Shown here piece after piece: positions 56,479 through 64,000 of a DNA stretch of 64,000 bases (positions are counted from its first letter, which is position 1; every line of letters starts with the position of its first letter). Under the pieces are notes generated by a model. It saw only the letters and a program-made list of their open reading frames with translations, had not been told where the DNA came from and ran no database searches. Position numbers and translations under genes: made by a program. The stretch is from Planctomycetota bacterium (GTDB taxonomy: Bacteria; Planctomycetota; PLA2; JAEUHO01): the NCBI GenBank assembly GCA_965223505.1, contig CBDCWP010000039.1, forward strand, positions 224,001 through 288,000, in the 5' to 3' direction.

Positions 56479-58305
56479 CTAGTTCGCTTCCGCCTTGCGC
56501 GCCCTGCGAAGGGCCTTGCGGCGGTCCACCTCGTTCAACATCCGCTTGCGGAGACGCAGGCTCTCCGGCGTCACCTCCAACAGCTCGTCGTCCGCCAGGA
56601 ACTCGAGGCTCTCCTCGACCCCCTTGCGGATCGGCGGCGGGTAGTCGGCCTTCTCGTCGGCGCCCGACGAGCGCATGTTCGTCAGGTTCTTGGCACGGCA
56701 CGGGTTCACCAGCACGTCTTCCTCGCGCCGGTGCTCGCCCGTGATCTGCCCCATGTAGACCTCTTCGCCGGCATCGACGAAGAAGTTGCCGCGGTCCGAG
56801 AGCGCGTTCAACGCGTACGCGCGCACCTTGCCCGTGTCGCTCGAGACCTGGCTGCCCGTCTTGCGCCGCGGCAGCTCGCCGCGGTACGGCGCATAGCGCT
56901 TGAACACGCTGCTCAGCACCGCTTCACCGCGTGTCGCGCTCAACAAGCGCGTGCGCAAACCGATCAGCCCGCGCGCCGGCGCCTCGAACTCGAGGAACAC
57001 CAGGTCGCCCTGCGTCTTCATGTCCTGCAACTCGCCCTTGCGCCGGCCGAGCATCTCGATGACCTTGCCGGCGTCGTCCGGCGGCACCTCGACGTGCACC
57101 GTCTCGATCGGCTCCTCGCGGCCGTTCTCGGTGTCGTGATAGAGCACGCGCGGACGACCGACGGCGAACTCGTACCCCTCGCGCCGCAGCGTCTCGATCA
57201 AGATGCCCAGGTGCAGAATGCCCCGGCCGTGCACCTCGAACGCGTCCGTCTCCCCGGTCCGTCCCACCTCGAGCGCCACGTCTTCCTGCGCCGCGCGTTC
57301 GAGACGCGCCTTCAGGTGACGCGACGTCACGTACTTGCCTTCGGTGCCCGCCTTCGGCGAGTCGTTGACGCGGAACTCCATCCGCAGCGTCGGCGCTTCG
57401 ATCGTCATCTGCCACGGCTCGACAGGATTCTCGGGATCGGTGAGCGTGTCGCCGATCTCGACCTGGTCGATGCCGCCGATGGCGACGAGGTCACCCGCGA
57501 GGACCTCGTCGACGGCCCTGCGGCCCATGCCGTCGAACACGAACGTGCGCGCCTGCGCCTTCTGCTTCTGCGTGCCGTCCGGCTGGTAGATGGCGATCGT
57601 CTGGCCTTCCTTGATCGTGCCCGACTCGAGGCGGCCGATGGCGACCCGCCCGTGATAGCGGTCCACCTCGACGTCGCACACGGGCAGGCCGACGGTGCCC
57701 GCGGGATCGCCCTTCGGCGGTCGCGCGTGCTCGAGGATGCCGTCGAGGATCGGGATCAGGTTCGACTGCATCTCGTCGGGCTTGGTGCCCGAGAGACCGT
57801 CGCGGCCCGACGCGTAGAGCACCGGGAAGTCCAGCACGTCGTCGTCCGCGCCGAGCTCGATGAAGAGGTCGTAGACGAGGTCGAGCACCTGGCCCGGACG
57901 CGCGTCGCGGCGGTCCATCTTGTTGATGATCAGGATCGGCTGCAGCTCGTACTCGAGCGCCTTGCGCATCACGAAGCGCGTCTGCGGAAGCGGACCTTCG
58001 TAGGCGTCCACCAACAACAGCACCGAGTCGGCCATGCGCAGCACACGCTCTACCTGACCGCCGAAGTCGGCGTGGCCGGGCGTGTCGATGATGTTGATCT
58101 TCACGTCCTTGTAGTGAATCGTGCAGTTCTTCGAGAAGATCGTGATCCCGCGCTCGCGCTCGAGATCGTTGCTGTCCATGATCAGCGCCTGGTCCTCCGG
58201 CAACGAGGCCACGGCGCCCGCCGTCACGAGGAGGCGGTCGACCAGGGTGGTCTTGCCGTGGTCGACGTGGGCGACGACGGCGATGTTGCGGATCGGCTGG
58301 GTCAT
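56479..58305 (-). CDS. typA: Translational GTPase TypA/BipA
   Basis: RNIAVVAHVDHGKTTLVD, ERERGITI, DTPGHADF, NKMD, GRGILHL, EVTPESLRLRK. Confidence 0.97.
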   Translation of the reverse strand: MTQPIRNIAVVAHVDHGKTTLVDRLLVTAGAVASLPEDQALIMDSNDLERERGITIFSKNCTIHYKDVKINIIDTPGHADFGGQVERVLRMADSVLLLVDAYEGPLPQTRFVMRKALEYELQPILIINKMDRRDARPGQVLDLVYDLFIELGADDDVLDFPVLYASGRDGLSGTKPDEMQSNLIPILDGILEHARPPKGDPAGTVGLPVCDVEVDRYHGRVAIGRLESGTIKEGQTIAIYQPDGTQKQKAQARTFVFDGMGRRAVDEVLAGDLVAIGGIDQVEIGDTLTDPENPVEPWQMTIEAPTLRMEFRVNDSPKAGTEGKYVTSRHLKARLERAAQEDVALEVGRTGETDAFEVHGRGILHLGILIETLRREGYEFAVGRPRVLYHDTENGREEPIETVHVEVPPDDAGKVIEMLGRRKGELQDMKTQGDLVFLEFEAPARGLIGLRTRLLSATRGEAVLSSVFKRYAPYRGELPRRKTGSQVSSDTGKVRAYALNALSDRGNFFVDAGEEVYMGQITGEHRREEDVLVNPCRAKNLTNMRSSGADEKADYPPPIRKGVEESLEFLADDELLEVTPESLRLRKRMLNEVDRRKALRRARKAEAN

Positions 58306-58408
58306 GGATGGGGCTTCACGGGTCTCTTCTTGATGTCGGCGAATTCACGACACGAATCGCGCAGGGTACCCCGCGAATCGCCGATCGTTGCCGATAGACT
58401 CCGCGTCC

Positions 58409-59839
58409 ATGCACGAGGCCCGCACGAAGATCCTGTGCACCGTCGGACCCGCCTGCGCAGGCGTCGACGCGCTCCTGGACCTGATCGACGCCGGCGCCGA
58501 CGGCTTCCGGGTCAACGGCGCGCACGTCGCTCCCGCGGATCTCGCGGGCTGGATCGGCCGCATTCGTCAGGCCTCGCGCAGGGCCGGTCTCGACGTCGCC
58601 GTCATGGTGGACCTGCCGGGCACCAAGCTGCGCGTCGGGCCGCTGCGAGGCGGCGTCGCGACCCTCGCAACCGGCGCGGCGGTGCGCCTCTTCACCGGCC
58701 GCGGGACCGGCGATGCCGAGAACGTGCGTGTTCGCGGCATCCGTGACCTCTCCGCGGTCCGCGCCGGTGCGGTCGTGCTGCTCGTCGACGGACGAATTCG
58801 GCTGCGTGTGAAGCGACGGCGCGGGACGTCGCTTCACTGCGTCGTGCTCGACGGCGGTGAGCTCGAGGAGGGCAAGGGCGTCGACTTCCCCGGCGCGCGG
58901 CTGAAGACGACGGTGCCGACGGCAAAGGACCGCAAGATCGCACGCGCCGCCGTCGCGGCCGGCGCGGACATGCTCGCCCTCTCGTTCGTGCGCAGCCCCG
59001 ACGCGGTCACGCGACTGCGCCGGTTGCTGGCGCGCGAGGGCGCGCCGGACCTGCCTGTCGTCGTCAAGATCGAGCGCGGCGACGCGGTCGACGCCGTGGA
59101 CGCGATCCTCGGGCGCGCCGACGCGGCGATCGTCGCGCGCGGCGACCTCGGCGTCGATGTGGGCCCCGAGCGCGTTCCGACCATGCAGAAACGGATCATC
59201 GAAGCAGGGCGGCGTGCCGGGCGGCCGGTCCTCGTCGCGACAGAGATGCTCGAGTCGATGATCGAGAACGCGCGGCCGACGCGCGCCGAGGCAAGCGACG
59301 TCGCGAACGCCGTGTTCGAAGGCGCAGACGGCGTGATGCTCTCGGGCGAGACGGCGGTCGGAAAGCACCCGGCCGCGGCCGTTCGCACGATGGCCCGCAT
59401 CGTCGTCGCCGCGGAGGCCGATCCGCACGCGCCGTATGCCGGCAGCGCTTCGCTTGCGCACATGCGCATGCCGCGCGGCCGGCCCGACCAGCACGTCGTG
59501 CACGCGGCGGTCACGCTGGCGGAGCACGCCGAGGCGGAGGCGATCGTGGTGTTCACGCGCACCGGGATGTCGGCGCTGCGGCTGTCGAAGGAACGGCCGC
59601 ACGCCCGCATTCACGCGTTCGCGCCGACGGACGCCGTTTGTCGGCGGCTTGCGTTGTGTTGGGGCGTGCGTCCGAAGCGGTTGCCTGCCGGTCGTTCCAC
59701 CGACGCGCTGATCCACCGCGTGACGAGCGTACTGCGCGACGCCGAGGGCCTCGATGTCGGCGCGCGCGCCGTCCTGGTGATGGGCGGCGCGCAAGATCCC
59801 GCCGGCGCTACGACGCTCATCAAGCTGCTTACGTTGTGA
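58409..59839 (+). CDS. pyk: Pyruvate kinase
   Basis: RTKILCTVGP, DLPGTKLR, KIE, ARGDLG, ATEMLESM, PTRAEASDV, MLSGETA. Confidence 0.95.
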   Translation: MHEARTKILCTVGPACAGVDALLDLIDAGADGFRVNGAHVAPADLAGWIGRIRQASRRAGLDVAVMVDLPGTKLRVGPLRGGVATLATGAAVRLFTGRGTGDAENVRVRGIRDLSAVRAGAVVLLVDGRIRLRVKRRRGTSLHCVVLDGGELEEGKGVDFPGARLKTTVPTAKDRKIARAAVAAGADMLALSFVRSPDAVTRLRRLLAREGAPDLPVVVKIERGDAVDAVDAILGRADAAIVARGDLGVDVGPERVPTMQKRIIEAGRRAGRPVLVATEMLESMIENARPTRAEASDVANAVFEGADGVMLSGETAVGKHPAAAVRTMARIVVAAEADPHAPYAGSASLAHMRMPRGRPDQHVVHAAVTLAEHAEAEAIVVFTRTGMSALRLSKERPHARIHAFAPTDAVCRRLALCWGVRPKRLPAGRSTDALIHRVTSVLRDAEGLDVGARAVLVMGGAQDPAGATTLIKLLTL

Positions 59840-60067
59840 ACCGCTGCGTCTCGCGCGCCCCACACAAGTTCTTGACCGCCGGATTGCTCCATCAGTCCCG
59901 CAGAAACGGAGGTCGACAGGACTCCGGATGTGGTGGAGGCCACTGTGGCAAGACGTTGCGGCGAATGGAACAAGGGGGGCTTGCTCGCCGAGCAGGCCGT
60001 GTCAGATGGACTCCTTCGGGAGCGTCCTCCTTGGGAACCTCGGCGGGAGGCTGCCTAGCGCAGTGTG

Positions 60068-60352
60068 TTCCTCGCGGCCTACCGGCCGCGACCGGTCGTC
60101 TTCCTCGCGGCCTACGGCCGCGGTCCCTCGCTTCGCTCGGCCCTCGGGCTCCGCCCTCGGGAGACCCGCGCTTCGCGCGCGTCCGACCTGGAAGAACGTT
60201 CTCAAGGGGGATGGCCCCCCTTACGGGCTCCGCTTCGCTTTGCCCTATCCCCCCGTGTGGCGCCTTCGGCGCATCCGGGATTCGATCGGTCCGATCCCGA
60301 ACCCGAATCCAAACCCGATCCCGAACCCGAACCCGAACCCGAACCCGAACCC
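60068..60352. repeat. Intergenic palindrome cluster plus (CCGAAC)n microsatellite
   Basis: TTCCTCGCGGCCTAC(C)GGCCGCG x2 (60068-60122), further hairpins, hexamer run 60291-60352. Confidence 0.7.
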
Positions 60353-60377
60353 AAAAGACCCCGCCCGCGATCCCGCC

Positions 60378-60584
60378 CTACCCGAACAGCCCGATCAACC
60401 ACAGACCCAGGGCCAGCACGAGCACCGAGATGCCCGCCGTCACCGCGCCCTGCTTGACCGCCCTCTCCGTCATCGCGATCAACCCCATCAACAAGAGCGC
60501 CAAGCCCGCCAACGCGAGCACGACGCCCACGACGATGCTGAACACCTCGCCGAACGACAGGGCCAGGACCAGAGCGGCGATCAT
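60378..60584 (-). CDS. Small membrane protein
   Basis: Hydrophobic 68-aa ORF; start overlaps the AI-2E stop. Confidence 0.6.
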   Translation of the reverse strand: MIAALVLALSFGEVFSIVVGVVLALAGLALLLMGLIAMTERAVKQGAVTAGISVLVLALGLWLIGLFG

Positions 60585-62183
60585 GCCTCGGCCTTCTCCT
60601 TCTTGAAGAGCCCGACGAACGCCTTGATCTTCTGCCGGAACCACTCGCCGTGCGGTGCGTGTTCCTCTCGCGGCAGCCCTTCGATCTCGTGCAGATAGAA
60701 ACGGAAGCAGCTCTGGATGATGCTCATCGTCGGCACCGCCAGCAGCGCGCCCCAGACGCCGAACGCGTGCTCGCCCGCCAACAGCGCGAACACGATGATC
60801 ACCGGATGCATCTGCGCGTGGGAGCCCATGATCAGCGGGTTCAGCAAGTTCGCCTCCAGCATGTGGATGAAGACGATCCACACCAACGCGAGAATGGCGA
60901 TGTCGATGCCCTTGGTCAGTCCGATGAGCACGATCGGAATCGAAGACACGATCGTCCCGAAGATGGGAATGAGACTCAATACCGCCGCCACCAACGCGAG
61001 CAGCCACGCGCCCGGAATCGAAAGGAGCAGGAGGCCGATGTAGGTCAGCACGCCGTTGACGCCGCAGATGACGAGCTGCCCGCGAATCACGCCCGCGAGC
61101 CCGTCGTCGATGTAGGTCATCAGCTTGTTGTAGGCCGGCTTGTACGTGTCCGGCGGCAGGCTCGAGAAGAACCGCGCGATCCCGCGGCGATCCGTGACGA
61201 TGAACGCGGTCAACATGAGGATCAGGAAGAACTCGTAGATCGAGAGCGCCACCTGCCCCGCGAAGTTCACCGCGCCCTTCGTGAGCTGTGCCGGCAGGTC
61301 CTCGCTCAACGCCTCGGCCTTGAGCGAGACGAATTGACGCACGACCCTGGGCTCGACGTCGAAGTCCGCGTTCTTCAGGTTGCCGACGATGGGGGAGATC
61401 AGCCTGCGTTCGAGGAAGAGCTCGAGACCCTTGGCCGGCTCGCCGAGCTTGACTTCGATCGGATGCGGCGGCTTCGTCTTGCCGTCCGCCATGGTGATGG
61501 CCGCGAGGCCCGCCGGGGCGAGCACGACATTCGGCGGCTTCTCGTCGAGGCTGTCGGTCGTGAACTCGTAGTCCGCGAAGTAGTCGTCCGGCGTGTCGAC
61601 GCGCTCGACGATGGAGTTCGCGTCGTCCTGTCCGGGTTCGATCTTGACCTCGTACAGCGTGCGGTAGCGCCAGGCGCGCGGCACGACGTGCGCGCCGCGA
61701 AGCCGAGCGATCTCCGTGCCCTTCGGGAATCACGATCGGTTGGTCGTGCGCCTCCTTGGGCGCGCCGTCCTCGCCGGTCTCCCCGGGCGGCGTGACCAGG
61801 CGGAACTCCACCCGCGGCGCCTCCTCCTTGGCGGCCGCGGCGATGTTGCCCGACGTCTCCTTGATCATCGTCGCGGCCTTCGTGACGCCGCGCCACGCCA
61901 GCAGCAAGACCCCGCCCAAGACGACGACGTAGACCGCGACGATGGCGGGACCGCGCGTCCACTTCATGCCGAAGATCTTGCTGCGCGTGATGTAGGCGAC
62001 CAGCGGCTCGACCAGATAGGCGATGAAGATCGCCATCAGGAACGGGAACAGCACCGTGCGGAACACGATGATCAAAAGCACGAACGCGCCCAGGAACGAC
62101 AGCAGCGCGACGAGATTGGGGCGCCGCACCTTCCGCGGCGGTTGGTCCCGCTTGCTGCCCTGGTCCGCTTCCGTGCCCGCCAT
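60581..62183 (-). CDS. AI-2E (PerM) family transporter, one frameshift near 61725-61727
   Basis: PFLMAIFIAYLVEPLV in one frame; IRGQL, IPIFG, LEANLLNPLIMG, GALLAVP in another. Confidence 0.8.
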
Positions 62184-62296
62184 GCGAGTACGATACGGAC
62201 CCGCGGGGCCTCGGCACAGAGCGGAAATCTGCGGGGGACGGGCCTCCGCCGGCGTTGAGAGGGATGGGACCGAGCCGTAACGAGGGACTGCGATCG

Positions 62297-63650
62297 ATGC
62301 GCTGCGCGCTTGCCGGTTTGCTGCTCTGCCTGTCGGCGACGCCGGCGGCGCTCGCGGACGACGCCGTCGACGACGTGCCGGCCGACCTGCAGGACGTCCT
62401 CGCCGGGTTCCACGCGCGTGACGTCGCCGCACGCATGGACGCGTACGCGCGGCTCGAGATCGTGCTGGTCGACGATCCCGAGCTCGGGTCGCGGTGTCTT
62501 CCGCGGCTGCGGGACGTGTTGCGCCGTCGCGGGCCGAAGGAGCGCGCGCGCGTCATGCCGCTGCTCGCGTTGGTCGACGATCCGGCCGCCGTCGAGACCT
62601 GGTTGGACCGGCTCGATCCGGAGACCGAGCCGGACGCGCGCGTTCGGCACGCGGCGGTCGATGCCGCGCGACTGCGCGCGGGCGATCAGGCCGTCGCGCG
62701 TGCGTTGATCCGGCTCATTCGAACGCCGACGACCCCCGTCCCGGCGCGGTCGCTCGCCGTCGAGGCGCTGGGGCATCTGCGCGACGCGGCGCCGCTGGTG
62801 CTGCTGGCGAAGGGCGCGCCGAACGATCCGTGGGTCGTGACCGCGTGCCGCGCGCTGGCGCTGGGCCATCGCAAGGACGACGCGTCGATCGAGCCGTTGG
62901 TTGCGCTCATGGTGCACGACGATCTCGGTGTTCGCGTCTGTGCGTGGGAGAGCCTGACACGTCGCACGAGCCAGAACCTCCCGCCGGAGGCGAAACCGTG
63001 GCAAGCGTGGTTCGAGCGGTGGTGCGCGCGCAAGCAGGAGAAGGCGCCGCCCTCGAACCCCGACGAAGAGACACGCTACGCGCCGACGAAGCACGTGCAC
63101 GTTCCGACGTATTACGGCATTCCCATTCCGCGCCCGCGGAGTCATGTCGTGTTCTGCCTGGACGTGAGCCAGAGCATGTACGGCGACGGCATCGGTCACG
63201 CGCGCAAGCACCTGCGGAAAACGCTTCGCGACCTGCCGGGCACGCATCACTTCGAGATCGTGGCGTTCAACGAGAACATCATGCCGTGGTCGAGCCGGCT
63301 CGTGCGCGCGCACCCCCGTCGAGAAGTACCTGGCGATCGAATGGCTCGACGAGCTCGAGACGCTCACCTACACGAACATCTACGACGCGGTCGAGACGGC
63401 GTTCCAGTACATGGGACGCGGGCGCAAGCCGGCCGACGATCCCGTCGTGCTCGACGCCGTCTTCCTGCTTTCGGACGGCGCGCCGAATCGCGGCCGCCAT
63501 CGCACGGACGACCGGGTGGTCAAGCACATCGGGCTGCTCTCGAAGCGCGACGTCCCGGTGCACACGATCGGCGCGGGCGAGAAGGTGTTCGACCTGCTCA
63601 AGCGCATCGCGCGGGAGACCGGCGGCACCTTCGTCGACGCCTTCGAGTGA
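62297..63650 (+). CDS. HEAT-repeat + vWA domain protein, one frameshift near 63313-63317
   Basis: Signal peptide, HEAT repeats, TYYGIP, VFCLDVSQSM; shifted frame gives TNIYDA, FLLSDGAP, VHTIG. Confidence 0.8.
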
Positions 63651-63688
63651 TCGCTTTGGATCGCCCGAATTCGCGGTAGCTTGCTCGC

Positions 63689-64000
63689 ATGACTGCCAGC
63701 GCTACCGAGATCCGCTCCCGCCTCAAGGACCTGCGCGCCCGCTTCGAGCGGGTTCGGGGGCGTCTTTGACCTCGCCGGCAAGAAGGAAGAGCTGACCGAG
63801 CTCGAAGCGCAGATGGCGAGGCCCGACTTCTGGAACAACCAGGAGAAGGCGCAGCCGGTCATCGCGCAGGTCAAGATCCTGCGCGCCGTCGTCGAGCCGT
63901 GGGGGGAGTTCCAGCAGAGCCTGGACGACGGCGACGTCATGCTCGAGATGGCGGAAGAAGAGTCCGACGCGGACATGCTGCAGGAGGCGGACACCCAGAC
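63689..64000 (+). CDS. prfB: Peptide chain release factor 2, programmed +1 frameshift; runs off the window
   Basis: GGGGG-CGT-CTT-TGA-C at 63756-63770, then DLAGKKEEL..PDFWNNQEKAQ. Confidence 0.92.

Noticed and set aside
50152..58746. Long antisense ORFs such as 50152-52755, 56329-58746 (also 27995-30082, 2515-3846)
   Set aside because: Shadow frames opposite well-supported genes in high-GC DNA

Overview
High-GC bacterial chromosome segment; the gene repertoire (ECF sigma fused to beta-sandwich repeats, Ser/Thr kinase-FGE fusion, secreted HEAT-repeat paralogs) suggests Planctomycetota, which is an inference. (1) 1-13.6 kb: accessory region with two IS256-family copies (one 5'-truncated) and a dense array of small, often chimeric ORFs resembling polymorphic-toxin immunity proteins. 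(2) 13.64-27.46 kb: ~13.7-kb island integrated in tRNA-Pro(CGG), bounded by a 43-bp att duplication. It carries a probable type II R-M pair, an MTase-NurA-HerA operon, xis plus a tyrosine integrase whose 3' end is duplicated downstream, HEPN-like/NYN/PD-(D/E)XK genes and a second, truncated integrase. (3) 27.6-42.9 kb and 50.2-64 kb: core-like genes (sigma fusion, response regulator, kinase, three HEAT paralogs, LOG fusion, typA, pyk, AI-2E transporter, HEAT-vWA, prfB with its programmed frameshift). (4) 43389-49697, the most unusual structure: a 6.3-kb element with imperfect terminal inverted repeats, inserted at the CTCA of a structured ~125-140-bp tandem repeat unit and flanked by a 397-bp direct repeat. 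It has no transposase of its own but encodes a RuvC-like nuclease, four tandem paralogous ~120-aa all-beta proteins, an IS256-disrupted gene and a lipoprotein, and contains a long stem-loop non-coding segment. Protein family calls come from motif recognition by eye, not database searches.
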